DNA from: Felis catus
Lineage: Eukaryota
Direction: 5' to 3'
DNA: 64,000 nucleotides
Assembly (NCBI RefSeq): GCF_018350175.1
Contig: NC_058368.1
Span: forward strand, 230,208,001-230,272,000
The stretch's first letter is position 1. Every line of letters starts with the position of its first letter. Shown here in pieces: positions 38,083-51,376 of the stretch. The position numbers and the translations under genes are program-made. The notes below the pieces were generated by a model. The model was not told the DNA's origin, did no database searches, and saw only the letters and a program-made list of their open reading frames with translations.

Positions 38083-38351
38083 AGAAATATGAGCTTTGGA
38101 GTTTGGCGGATTAATTTAAATCCTTGTTGAGTTCCTTATGATCCGTGTGGTCAAGTTATCTAATGCCAAATAAGCCCGTTTTCGCCATCTCCCAAAACGA
38201 CCATTGTGGTTGACAGGAATCAGAGGAGCCAAGGTATACAGTAAGCACTTAGTAAAGGGTGATACTGACAAAAGAAACATAGCAGCATAGAGATAGTAGT
38301 AAACCCTAGAGGGTTAACATGAGACCATCTTTATCGTACCAGAAAAATATC

Positions 38352-38999
38352 ATTATCAGTTTCCTGGGGCCGCCATAACAAGTGACCACAGCTGAGTGGC
38401 TTAAAACAAAAGAAATGTATTCTCTCAAACTCTTTGGAGGCTGTAAGTTCAAAATCAAGGTGTCAGCAGCGCTGTGGTCTGGATCCTTCCTTATTTCTTC
38501 TAGGCTCTGATGGCATCCAGCCTTGGCTTGTAGATGTTTAATTCCAGTCTCTTCATCCTTTTTCATATAACCTTGTCTTCTGTGTGTCTCTTGTAAGGAC
38601 AGTTACCATGGGATTTGGGATGATCTCATCTGAAGACCTTTCCCTTAATTTAAACATCTACTAAAACACTTTTTCCCGGGCACCTGGGTGGCTCAGTTGG
38701 TTAAGGGTCCAACTTCGGCTCAGGTCATGATCTCACGATTCGTAGGTTCGAGCCCGGCGTCGGGCTCTGTGCTGACAAGTCAGAGCCTGGAGCCTGCTTC
38801 AGATTCTGTGTCTCCCTCTCTCTCTCTGCCCGTCCTCCACTCACATTCTGTGTGTGTGTGTCTCTCTCTCTTAAAAATAAATAAGCATTAAAAAATATTT
38901 TTTCAAAAGCGCTTTTTCCATTAGTAGTCATATACAGTTTCTAGAGATTTAATGTGGACATATCTCCTGGCGGTGAGGGGCACCATTCAACTTACTACA
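38352..38999 (-). mobile_element. MaLR LTR (MLT1C-like), interrupted by a SINE
   Basis: gccataacaagtgaccacagctgagtggcttaaaacaa…caaaatcaaggtgtcagcag…caccattcaacttactaca. Confidence 0.78.
38678..38904 (+). mobile_element. Can-SINE inside MLT1
   Basis: Full body; degenerate TSD aaaacactttttcc / aaaagcgctttttcc. Confidence 0.92.
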
Positions 39000-39044
39000 A
39001 CTGTGAAAGCATTTTTTTTATTCCTATTTAAAATCGCACTTACT

Positions 39045-39169
39045 GGGGCACCTGGATATCTCAGTTGGTTAAGCCTCTCACTCTTGGTTTTGGCTCAGGT
39101 CATGATCTCACAGTTCATGAGTTCAAGCCCACATCAGGCTCCATGCTGTCAGTGCAGAGCCTGCTTGAG

Positions 39170-39211
<42 letters not shown>

Positions 39212-39287
39212 CCTCCCCTTCTCTCTCTCTGTCTGTCAAAAAAATAAATACATACATACACTTAAATTTATTAAAACAATAAAATAA
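39045..39287 (+). mobile_element. Can-SINE
   Basis: Full body with expanded (CT)n. Confidence 0.9.
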
Positions 39288-40329
39288 AATGCTACTAACT
39301 GAACCAGTGCATGCAACTTTTAAAATATTGACCTTAGGATTACTTTTCTAAGTGTGGAACTTTATAGATAACATATTACCACTATATGGCACATACCTTT
39401 TTGAAATAAGAAAAAGTTGCATTGGACTGAATTTGTAAAGTTATCATTTCATGTATCAGTTGTGTGTATGGTTTTCACCATTGTGCAACTGTTTTCCAGT
39501 TTGATAAAATGGATTGGTCAGGGAGCAAGATGCCCAGGAAACAGTCACATGTCCCTTAAGATACTATTCTTGTGTTCATGTATACCGATCGCAGCTTTTC
39601 TGAACACTGATTCATACCAGAATTCCCTTTCCTTTTCCCTCTGTAAATATATCCAGAAGCCCCCTCTAAGGTACAGATTAAAGGTCTAAAATCCACTTGC
39701 TGTTGTGCAACTGATGAGCTATTCATAGAAGCTGCTGGATCAGAGTAAAAGATTTAGTGAAATAAGTGTAGAAAAGCATTCTCAAAATGATACCTGTCTG
39801 TAATTGGCATCTAGATTTCTTACCAATCATTGACATATAAAAAGGGGCATGTAGAAAGTATTTGCATGTGTAATGGAAGAGTTATGCACATGTAGACCTT
39901 TTAAGTTTATGTATATATTTAATAAATCATTCAAAATTAACCTATGTCGCCTTCATAGATGAACTCTGCACATTGTCTTTGGCACATCGTGTATATGAAC
40001 AACCCTTTCTCCCTAGGTCGTCTTATAAGATGTATTTGTAAAGCGAGAAATCAGGACTGTATATTCAGTTGGTGGTAAAGTGTTATAATTTGTAAATGAC
40101 TTAATTTGAACTAATAATCAGCTGAAAGGAACTGCTCATGTGATATGTCTAGAAGAAGGAATAAATTTATCGAGCCTTCTTTATAATGCAAAAGGAGGTT
40201 ATTTCTTTCCCAGACAATCTCACAAAGCCTACATGAAACTAGTCAGACTCATATTTTAAAATAACTAAAATTGGGTAGGACTGCATCTATGTAAAAGCTG
40301 TTGCAAGAGAGGAGTATAATAGGTTGGGC

Positions 40330-40334
<5 letters not shown>

Positions 40335-40362
<28 letters not shown>
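40335..40362 (+). repeat. A28 homopolymer
   Basis: Read directly. Confidence 0.9.
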
Positions 40363-40364
<2 letters not shown>

Positions 40365-40610
40365 AGCTGTTCTCTGAAAATTACTGAACAGTGTCCATTT
40401 ATAACACGCTAGTGCCTGTGAATCAAAAGAGATCTACATCAAATGGATTACAGTTAAGATTGTATCAAAATGGGATCTTTTTTCTCAGTAAAAATCTAAA
40501 GGACACACTGTGGAGCCACCATGGCTACTCCAATGCATCTTTGTGTCTTCTAGTCTAGGGTCCTTGGTTTCTAACCAGTGCATTATATCTGTGTATTCTC
40601 TTTTTTACAG

Positions 40611-40645
40611 TTCAGCAGAAGAGCAGTTTCACTGGCAATCACAAG
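40611..40645 (+). CDS. CTNND2: Delta-catenin internal coding exon, 35 nt (likely exon 4): (S)SAEEQFHWQSQ(D)
   Basis: Acceptor tattctcttttttacag|, donor CAAG|gtaaag; peptide matches the recalled delta-catenin N-terminal region; joins the next exon in frame (G|AT = Asp). Confidence 0.96.
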
Positions 40646-40977
40646 GTAAAGTACAGCTTCATGATGAAACTTACATCCATTTCTACGTGTATGTCTACTG
40701 ATTAATATTCTTGTGAACTTTAGAAAAAAGACTGATAAAAATGAGTATGAGAACACCATGACACTAAAATTAAATGTTCCTGTGATAGCTCGTGATTCCC
40801 TGAGAGTTGAGTTCTCTCAATTCCCTAGAAACCTTTGGGTTTTTCATGGATACCTGGAATTGGCTGGCCTTGGCTTTTGATACTGGTTGACCAAGGATTA
40901 CAATGTGAAATCTAATGAGAACCTCATGAGATAATGTCTTTGGTTAGGATACTTTCCATTATTAAATAGTAACCTGA

Positions 40978-41175
<198 letters not shown>

Positions 41176-43110
41176 TGAAGACAATTTTAAAATATAAGAG
41201 TATACTTTATTATAATATAATTAACATAAAAAGCTATATCTAAGAGGACTTCAACCTGTGTTTGTACATGTTTTATCCATTTCACTCCACTCTCATCTAA
41301 TTCCTTCCCACATTACCCATCCCAACTCACGTTAGATTATAGTCTCTCTTAAGTCAGCAATTGAATCTAGATTTCTCACAAATTACTGACAGAGTGGGGA
41401 TTCTCACCAGTTTTCTGATATCCTTTTTGGCACCTAGCTAGACTATCACATTGAATGCACTCACCATATATTTGTTTAACCAGTACAGTGTCTGCTTTGA
41501 AATTTACTGTGAATGCTTTACATACACAGATCATTGTTGGTAGAGATCATAAACAGTACAACAGCTATGCAACAAAATAGAAAGAATCAAGGTAATATAT
41601 GCAGTACTAACTACTTAGTATTATGCTATAGTACTCTGCAGTAGCCCCTTGTATTTCTATATGTAGCCACCTTGAATTTGCATATTAACCTCGACAGAAT
41701 ATTTTAAAATTTCTTCATCTCCTCCTAATTATATATATTTTCAACCATAGTGGTTGAGGCTTAGGAATAAAAGTGCTGTGAATCGAAATGAGCTTCACTT
41801 TAATAAATCATAAAATTCTCTTGACTTAGTTTAATAAAATCCCACAAAAAGCTAAAAATGAAATCATTAAAACATATATCACACTGGTAATTTCTATATC
41901 AGAAATCAGTGGAGCATTTCATTTCTTAATTAAAAAAAATAAAATCTCCTTGAATACCCATCAAGGTTTGCTATTTAAAAGGAAGATATAAGAATAAGAT
42001 AGCATACTTATCTTGAAACCATTAAATTTACACATTAGTTCACTTTCTCTACAATTTTTATAATACCACTACTCTTAGGATAACATCATCATGAATATCC
42101 AGATTTATTTAAACCCATTTGAATCCCCTCAATAAAACTTCTCAAATAAGATGCATGATTTATAGTATCCTTGTTATCTGTATTTTATATTTTAGAATGT
42201 AGCCTCATTACTTATCTCTCAGTCAATAAATGCATTTCTCTTATAGGAGTAGTTGTAGTCTGACTTATATTTAATTAATATTTGAGGCACATGTACTCAC
42301 TTTGTTAGAGTAAGGAAAATAGAGATAAAATAGTGTGTCTTGGGAGAGAGTTGATATTTGATATCATATTTTTCATATGATAATAGAGAAACATTCTCTT
42401 ATGAGCTTAGGAGAGGGAATAACCTTCAATACACAGAAGGTACAGAAAAAAGAAGGAAGAGAAGTAAAATAAGAGGCAAACAAGTTGAAACAGGAGGGAT
42501 GAATCAAGTGTATTGGTCTAGCCCTACAGGTGAGCACACTGAATTCTTTGAAAAGAATAAAAAGTTTATAATAAGGATAAGATAGTTATGTGATGTTGAT
42601 AAGGGACATATTTATATTAATGAAACAAATGTTGAAGTTCAAGGAACAGAGTAGTAACAGCAATTATAATCAATATAAACTAGGATTGGGAAGAATTTGT
42701 GAGATGAAGTGGAATTTAATGCAGGAACATTAGGCCAGGTCAAAGAGGAATTATCGAGTGAAAATGTTTTTGCTTACAAGGATGTGATAAACTCATACTA
42801 ACATCTAGTGAACGTGATGTACCAAACAGAATAATACCTGAATATTAAAATAAAAATTATTAAGAATGAACAGAGAAATTGATGAAAAATACCGTTGTGA
42901 ACGTTTCAATGCGCAGAATCAGACAGAATTCAGGAAGAGAAAGACACGTAAAATTGGAATACATAATCGACAAACCAATGTAATAACTATATCTAAAAAG
43001 TTAGATCCATTGAATGATAGTATACATTTGTTATATATGTCCAGGAAAACTTAGAAGACTTGATCAGCTATAGGGCAGTAAAGACAATCCTAAAAATTAA
43101 AAAGTACAGA

Positions 43111-43342
43111 GGGGTGCCCGGGTGGATCAGTCAGTTAAGCATCTGATTCTTGATTTCATCTCAGGTCATGATCTCATGGTTCATGAGATTGAGCCCCACA
43201 TTGGGCTCTGCACTGAAAGCATGGAGCCTGCTTGGGATTCTCAATCTCTCCCCTCTCTTTGCTCCCCCACCCCACCCCAGTCATGCTTTCTCTCTCCCTC
43301 TCTCTCTCTCTCTCTCAAAAAAAAAAAAAAGTCATCTTAAAA
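43111..43342 (+). mobile_element. Can-SINE
   Basis: TSD AAAAAGTACAGA. Confidence 0.92.
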
Positions 43343-43506
43343 AAAAGTACAGAAAGGCCACCTTCTTTGGTAATGATCTAGTAAAATTAAAAGTAAATAA
43401 AATGATAAAATATATCCACGGTAAAATTAATAAAATGCATTTGAATCTACAAATAAAAATAGAAATAAAAAGAAAGTTACATACTATTTAAAAAGCAAGT
43501 AAAATA

Positions 43507-43710
43507 GGGCGCCTGGGTGGCTCAGTCGATTTAGTGTCCAACTCTTGCTTTGTGGCTCAGGACATAATCTCACAGCTTATGGGTTCGAGCCCTGCATCAG
43601 GTACCATGCTGATGGAGCAGAGCCTGCCTGGGATTCTCTCTTTCTCTCTGTCCCTCCCCTTCTCTATCCTTCTGAAAAATAAACTTAAAAAATAAATAAA
43701 CAGAAACAAA
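43507..43710 (+). mobile_element. Can-SINE
   Basis: GGGCGCCTGGGTGGCTCAGTC head; A-rich tail. Confidence 0.9.
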
Positions 43711-43785
43711 TAGAATAGTGATATTTTATAATGAAAATACAGGGGTAAGGGGGAGAAACTGTACTCAGAGTAAATCTTAACTTTA

Positions 43786-44003
43786 GGGGCGCCTGGGTGG
43801 CTCAGTCGGTTGAGCAACCGACTGCGGCTCCGGCCATGATCTAGCGGTTTGTGAGTTCGAGCCCCACGTCGGGCTCTGTGCTGACAGCTCAGAGCCTGGA
43901 GCCTGCTTCTGATTCTGTGTCTCCCTCTCTCTCTGCCCCTCCCCAACTCACACTCTGTCTCTCTCTGTCTCAGAAATAAATAAATATAAAAAAAAATTTT
44001 TAA
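43786..44003 (+). mobile_element. Can-SINE
   Basis: Full body and tail. Confidence 0.93.
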
Positions 44004-44631
44004 CAAAGATCAGATCAAAGAATGTAGTACTCATTTTGGGGAAACCTTAAAAAGAGCTAAATAAACCAAAGAAATTAGAAAGATGGGAATAATAAAAGTA
44101 ATGCAGAGATAAAGTAATATAATATAAAATAGTAGAAGAGATAAATAAAGTGATAAAAGGAGTAAATATAGGAACTTAAAAAAATTTTTAATCAACTGAT
44201 AATCCTGAGTTTTCCTAATTGAAACACTCTCTACACATGAGAGAAATGGAATGAATTTTTAGTGTTCACTTTTCGTTTCCTGTAATATGTGTTCAAAAAT
44301 TATCTACAAAAGATGTATCTTTGTTCCAGGAAAGTTAAATACACCAGTAGGGTTTTTTGGAATGTATTTGGTAACTGCTGGATTTTTGTCTTTTGGAAAG
44401 ATTAGTTATGTCCTGTTACTATGTACTGGGTTATCTTTTGAAGACTCCTAGGATTTGAGTTGTTTGTTTTTCCTGCAAGCCCCTGCTTTGTTGTTTGAGA
44501 TGGAAAAGTAACAAGGCAAAATAAACCAAAAACAAAAACAAAAAAACTCAAATAACCCAGGTGATAAAATCACCATCCAAAACTTTTATGCCAAAGGATC
44601 AAAAACCACAATGAAGAGTATTGTTACTCTT

Positions 44632-44687
44632 TTTTTTTTTTTAATGTTTCTTTATTTATGAGAGAGAAAGAGAGACAGCCGGGGAGG

Positions 44688-44735
<48 letters not shown>

Positions 44736-44864
44736 CTGAAGCAGGCTCCAGCTTGTGAGCTCCAAGCTGTCAGCCCAGAGCTGGACACAGGGCTCGAACT
44801 CAACAACGTGAGATCATCTGAGCTGAAGTCGGACACTTATCCGACTGAACCACCCAGGTGCCCC
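44632..44864 (-). mobile_element. Can-SINE
   Basis: Antisense; long (GA)n; TSD-like tattgttactctt / tattgtaattctt. Confidence 0.9.
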
Positions 44865-44956
44865 TATTGTAATTCTTCAGATACATTTGTTCTTAATATT
44901 TTCAGAGTAACTTTGAGACAGAACTAATTAAGTAAAATTGGGGAAATTAATTTTAA

Positions 44957-44978
44957 TTTTTTTAATGATTTATTTATT

Positions 44979-45013
<35 letters not shown>

Positions 45014-45173
45014 AGGGGAGGGGCAGAGAGAGACACACACACAGAATCTGAAGCAGGCTCCAGGCTCTGAGCTGTCAGCACAGAGCCCGATGCGGGGCTT
45101 GAGCACGTGCACCGTGAGATCATGACCTGAGCTGCAGTGGGACACTTATCCAACGGAGCCACCCAGGCATCCC
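44957..45173 (-). mobile_element. Can-SINE
   Basis: Antisense full body. Confidence 0.92.
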
Positions 45174-45287
45174 AGGAGACTAATTTTAAAATATTGGGTA
45201 GGTAACTATCATTTCAGGGATCAATTACGGCTAATTTTAAGTGTTTAGAAGGCCATAAAATAAAAGTCTCTCTGTTGCTCTTGTATT

Positions 45288-45668
45288 TGTATCAGGGTCC
45301 AGCTGGGAAATAGATTCTACTCAAGAGTTTAACCGAAGAGAAGTTCATTAAGGGACTATTTGCAAAGGAGTGGGCAAGATCGAGGGAATAAAAGGTGTCT
45401 GTTGAGGTGCTCAGGTAGCAGCAACAGAGGGCAGCCCTTCCCACGGTGGACATGAAGGAAGAGCCTAGGGAACAGTACCAGCAGTCAAGAGGTGTGGCAG
45501 GAGCAGAAGGATAAACACCCTAACTTCTCTCCTCCTGCTTTCTGATGTCCCCATGCCTACTGTTGGCCAAATCTGATCCCAAACCAAAGAGCAAGGGGCC
45601 CTCGTGAGACTCTACATGGCAAAAAGGGCAGAGAATGACTACGGGAGTGAAGAAGCAATATGCACAAC
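45288..45668 (-). mobile_element. Old ERVL LTR (LTR33-like)
   Basis: tcagggtccagctgggaaataga…ttggccaaatctgatcccaaaccaaagagcaagggg…gggcagagaatga. Confidence 0.55.
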
Positions 45669-47852
45669 ATCCCATTAAGTAGTAGAACAACATACCACGT
45701 TCATGTTCTTGTTTTGTAAACAACACATTGAGACCCGGTGACTTTTTGACACATTTCATATAGTTAGTGCAAATCTAACAAATATGTGTCACAGAGTCAT
45801 TAGGAGAATTGCTATTGTTTACTGGGGGAAAAAAAAAAGTTATAGAACCTCAGCGATAGAACCTTAGCTTCTCACATAATGTGCAGCTTGATCCAAACTG
45901 CTGTGGACTAAATACCTTATTTAATCCGTGTATCTTTGGAGATATAAACTCAGAGAGAAGTGTGATTAGATCTTATCCAAAAATTAATAAAACTATTTGC
46001 CAGCCAAAATCAGAAATAGAATGGACAACTTTGGAGAAAATGACTTACATGTTTATAGACAATGTTAATTTGTTTAAATATTGTATTTTGAAACAGTAAT
46101 TATTTTTATCTGGAGCATATTGACAAATTTAAATTCCACCACATTCTAGAGAACCCCAGCATTCGGGAGGATGAAAAACTTAGGAGCTTATTATATTCTG
46201 AGTGTTATGGCAAAGAAAGGACGGTTATTCTGAGATTTCAAATCAGAACATATTCAAAAAAATCAAGAATCAATCATGTAACCCACCATCCTGAGCAGAC
46301 AGAATCCAAATTGAATAATCATATATACTTGGACAGAGGTGGATATGTTATTTAGTGTTGATTTACAGTCTGTCATTTTTATTTAATTACTGTGATTATT
46401 CTTAATTGTTATGCAGCAAGAGAATTGTTGAGGGATCAAGTTAGTAAGATACTGTAAAATATAACTCCATCGAGTCTTATGCAGTAATAACAATAAAGGT
46501 GAGGGACATCCTTATAAAGTGAATCTTTTCATAATTCCTAGTAAGCATGGCACCAAAGGATGCAGAACACTTTTAGGAGTAAAGGTTTTTATAGTAACTA
46601 AAATAATCAAAAAATAAATGTATAGACCACGGCTCACAATATTGATGTCACGCTCAGGGAAAGAGAACTGGTTTGTTTCATTTTCTTTTATGGTGGAAAC
46701 CAGTCCTTAGGTAGACCCAATGAAGAGCCTCTGAGAAGGGGTACGAGGCAGCCCATCCCACCCTTGGAGTCAGAAAACCTGGATTTAAAAGTCCTCCTGC
46801 TCCCACTGCTCCACCAGTGGTTGAGAACTATCACCCGGAATCTGGAGATCCCAAGTCTTTTCCTGGAAATGCATTTATTCAAGTTAGTTGAGTTGCTCCT
46901 TGGGTTGTTCATTTCCTGTAAAATCACTTCATCTTATGCCTTTGGTTTTTGAAATGCAAATGACAGTCTTCTTTCCAGAAGTTTGTCATGGTTCCAAGTC
47001 TAAAATTATCTTTAAATACTACATGCATCTATTTGTTTCCTTTCAAAATTCACTCACATCCATTTCCCTTACTGCCTTTGGTGTCATGGGGCCAGTAGGA
47101 AGTTAACAGTGGCAGAAATGGTAAGTACGAGCAAAAGTCAAGGGAAAACACCCAGGTGACACACAGGACATAGTAATATCCACCTAGAAGCTGTAGTTAA
47201 TTTCCCTTCCAGATGCTCCCTCTGTCAGGTTTGCAACAATTTCTTTTTCTCTGATTTCCTTCTATCACATGGATATTCAAGGGTCATGTTCTACCTTTTC
47301 CAAAGAGGCAAACATGGGAATCGAAGGGATAAACAAAGGCATGAAGTACCAACGCTTCCTTCTCCATTTCCAAAGCAAGGGAGGACATGATGCAAATTTC
47401 TCGTTAAAAACATCATTCTCACCAGTGTGAGTAGGGTGTCCTGAGATCAAGCACAGAGTTTAAAGCCCGATGGGGATTTTTCATAAAAATAAAATTGGGT
47501 TTTGGAATTGTCAAAGTGTCCAAAACACGGGTGTCCAAAACATAAACATGAGTATCAAACAAAAGCTGGTGAAAGGAAGGAAAGTATCAGAACAGGCATG
47601 AGTATAAGAAAAGTTACAGAGGCGAACGCCCCGGTGAGAAAGTCAGAACAAGCAAACTCTTTCTCAGGAGACAGTGAAAGGAGGGGCGTTCTGGTAGTAC
47701 CTTGTGGAGACATCTTGTGGGATTCCCCCAGAACTTAAAACACTCAAACTGCCCCTGGTCAAACAATAAGCCACTGCAACAGCAACTGATACGATCAAAG
47801 CATAATACGCTGGGTTTTTATTGCATCAGTATGGGCACAGGTGGTGTTACAG

Positions 47853-48460
47853 TCATTCATTTTTTTTAACATATGTATTAAATACTTATTAAAGGAAGCA
47901 CAGAGAGTCTCTGCCCTTGTGGCATTTACATGCTAGTCAGCAAAGGCTGAAATCAAGTAATCTGAATACTATAAGGTCAAGTAGATAATGGCTACAAGCA
48001 AAAAAAAAAAAGACGTGGAGTAGAATAGGGTTCTCAAAGTGTACTTGGGCATCGTGGAGGGTCCCGAGACCCTTTCAGGGGGGCTGCAAAGGCATGAGTT
48101 TTCACCAAAATCCTACGATGTTACTTGCTTTTGCATGCGCATTCTCGCCCAGTGAGGGTGAAGGCGTCTCACCGGAGCCACATCACAGGGGTTTTCCAGA
48201 GGCTACATGGTACGCGATGGCATCACTGTCATCCGTTTCAAAGATCTTTCGGTTTTAATACAGTGAATAGCATTCTCTATCACCCATATAAATAAAAGCT
48301 CTTTGCAGTCCTCAGTGATTTTTTAGAAGCATGAAAGTGTTATGAGAACTGCTCTAGTTTTGAAAGAATGATCAAAGGGCCAGGAAGCCCTCCGTTGGGA
48401 GAAGATGTTGGATTAGGGACCTGAACGGAATGCACAGCCAAGCCCTGCAGATCTCTAAGG
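47853..48460 (-). mobile_element. L2 fragment split by a DNA transposon
   Basis: tcattcatttttttaacatatgtatta…ctgcccttgtggcatttacatgctag, resuming at gggacctgaacggaatg…ctgcagatctctaaggga. Confidence 0.6.
48024..48353 (+). mobile_element. Charlie1-derived hAT element (Charlie1b-like, deleted)
   Basis: ggttctcaaagtgt…gtcccgagaccctttcagggg…ttttccagaggctacatg…aaaagctcttt…tgagaactgct with TIR-like ends. Confidence 0.75.
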
Positions 48461-50199
48461 GAAAAGTCTGTGATTTGTGGCAAATCACACACTGGTTCTT
48501 TAAGTTAGTATACTCCATAAATAAATTAGTTTTCAGCATTTAGCTTTTAAATTTTGTTTCCTGCTAAACTGGTTTCTATTAATTTTCTATTTCTTTTCAT
48601 AATTCTTGATAATAAGAAATATGGATCTATTATCTTTAGGCAATTAATTTATGAAGAAGTATATATAATGCTTTTCCTCTGTGCGCTACATTAAGTTCTT
48701 TAAATGGTAAATAATCTGAAGATAAAACTTTACAAGGAAATAGTTGGGAATTGTAATGAGCTATAAAAAATACTGTTCTGTGATGATAACATCATGTAAA
48801 ATCCCATGCATAATAAAATTCTTGAGCGATACATTTTAAACTAAAGTTATACATTTGAAGTTCATTTTGTGGTAAATGTCATTTTGTTAATTCCCCTCTA
48901 TTGGTTACAGCTGTAAAGAAACTGAGTTGTTGCATAAGTGTGAGTACATCACCGACCTTCTATTTATCCATATACAATAGGAAAACTTGAAAAAGCCCAC
49001 TGATTAGGACAATAGCATTGGTTGAATCTAAATCAGTTTAAAAACTAAATGAGTACTTTTCTAATCCTGGGACCGCTAGAGCTGTAATTTTCACCTAAAG
49101 CATTGCACACTGAAAGCAGCTGCCCAGACAAACTTGACATTCTGCAGACAGACTTAAAAATCAAGGGTAGAAACACACCTGTCCTCGGAATAATTCCACA
49201 TCACTCGGAGCTTCCTTGCATTACAACCTTCTCGAACTTTTTTCTTTGGTTAAGTCTAGGAATAGTGGATGGGCTTAACTACCATTCTCAGGGAAATTCC
49301 TCAGTGAAATGCCTACAGTTGAGCTTTGAGAGTTACTAGTGAAGATTAGAAGAAAATAGCTAGTTTAACACCACGAGCCACCTGTATTCCAAGTAAGCTT
49401 AAGCTGACAAGTTTTCCAGAATTCACAAAGAGGAGATGGCCACTCTAAATGAAACTGATTAGTAGTTCGATTTAAATAAAGGTCAATATTTGTACTCTAT
49501 AAAGTTAACTTGCAGTTAGATATGACCAAAATGCTATGAGCTTATTAAAATCAATTTGATAATCTTATAAATAATTGACAACTTCTCATTGATTTTGTGA
49601 TTTATAACAGCCTATTTGCATATGTCTATATAATTTCCACCAACTATTTCCTCTATTCTTGGTGAATATCTTTTTTATAAAGAAAGATGTTCTCTTTCTC
49701 TTCAGTTGATGTGGCTCTGAGAGTTTACGCTCATTTAAAGCACAATAACACTTAACCTTCAAATCCGTCTTAACCTCCCAGAAAGACTGGAGAATGAGAG
49801 GGTAGAAATGAATGCATATTCTGTCAGTTATAGATGTATGTGAATCTTGGTGGCGTTATCCTTCATGGTCTATGTAAAGATAAGTTTTTATATCATTTTG
49901 ACAGACTCAATTTAGCCTAAGAGTACATGTTTCTAAACTTCCTGACAAACGTAAATCTAAACAAAGCTGCCAAAGTCAGGTGTCCAGTCCTGAAGGGGTC
50001 TGTCTCAGTTTGCGTGTTTATTATTCCTTTGATAATCCAGAATTAACAGCCTCAACAGAACATTCATGGAGTGCCTGTCTGAGGCATTGCCTAATTCTAA
50101 TGGTTTATTTTAGTGCATTCTTGTTAGTAACGCTTTGTTTTTAATGGTAAAAAATGACCCTTTGGAGTTAAATTGATAATCACCCCTTAGAAACCTTGT

Positions 50200-50414
50200 C
50201 TTTTTTCCCCCCTAAGTGTATTTATTTTGAGAGAGAGAGAGAGCGAGAGCGAGCAGAGAAGGGGCAGAGAGAGAGGGAGAGAGAGAATCCCAAGTAGACA
50301 ACATGCTGTCAGCACAGGGCCCACCATGGGGCTCGATCTCAGGAACGATGAGATCACGACCTGAGCTGAAATCGAGAGTCAGATGCCTCACCGACTGGGC
50401 CACCCAGGCGCTCC
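50200..50414 (-). mobile_element. Can-SINE
   Basis: Antisense body; tagaaac on both flanks. Confidence 0.9.
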
Positions 50415-51132
50415 TAGAAACTGTCATTCTTGTGGCTTCAACTTCCACCATTGATGACTTTGGTAGCTCCGTCTCTGTCCTCAAGTCTCACCCACGTGCA
50501 ATCAAACTTTGATCTTGGAAATTGCCAGGTTATATTTGAGCCAGTACTGAAATCAAGCTCAGAGTCCCTTTCTAACTACATAAATCCTCACCATCTCCTT
50601 CTGCTCTGTAATTTAAAAATTAAGCCCATCCTTCCGTAAAACACACCCACTAATTTCTCTGCTTGGGAATGCCACATCGTTGGGAGTTTCGGCTTTCCCA
50701 CCCTCACCTGTGAGTGTGTGTTGTATTCTGGGACAGGTGCTCAAGTAAAGCAGACCAGAATTAGCAACTCCCAATAAATCACCTTAGAACTTACAGATTC
50801 AGAAGGTACGTGCGTGATTACGCCAGTGCATTACTGTCTGCCGGCTTTTCTGGAAAGACTTACTCTGCACTGTGCGAACCTCCCGGGCCCCCACTGCAGT
50901 GCTCGCAGTCAGCTACACGGTGGAGTCATTTTGTCTCGGCTTCACTCCTGCCCTCTTCGTCACTAAGTCCCCGTGAGCTTTTCTTTTAAAACGTCTCCCA
51001 GCTGTGCACCTCTCTCTCCCTTCCTCAATTCCAGCGGGTTTTCTTTCTCTGCACTGCAGGAAATTCCCGGTCCTAGTCTCTCCAGTATCTAAGCAGTGTC
51101 CTGCTGCCTTCATTGCAAATGTTCAGAATTCT

Positions 51133-51299
51133 GGGGCGCCTGAGTGGCTCAGTCCATGAAGTGTGCACCTCTTGGTTTCGGCTCATTTCATGATCTTGCA
51201 GTTCATGGCACTGAGCCCTGCTCTAGACTCTGTGCTGACACTGTGGGGCCTGCTTGGAATCCTCTCTCTCCCTCTCTCCGCCCCTCCCCTGCTCATGCT

Positions 51300-51351
<52 letters not shown>

Positions 51352-51376
51352 ATAAATAACTAAACTTAAAAAAAAA
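51133..51376 (+). mobile_element. Can-SINE
   Basis: TSD GTTCAGAATTCT at 51121-51132 and 51377-51388. Confidence 0.93.

Noticed and set aside
40510..40701. 63-aa ORF as a standalone gene
   Set aside because: It contains the 35-nt exon plus intronic flanks.
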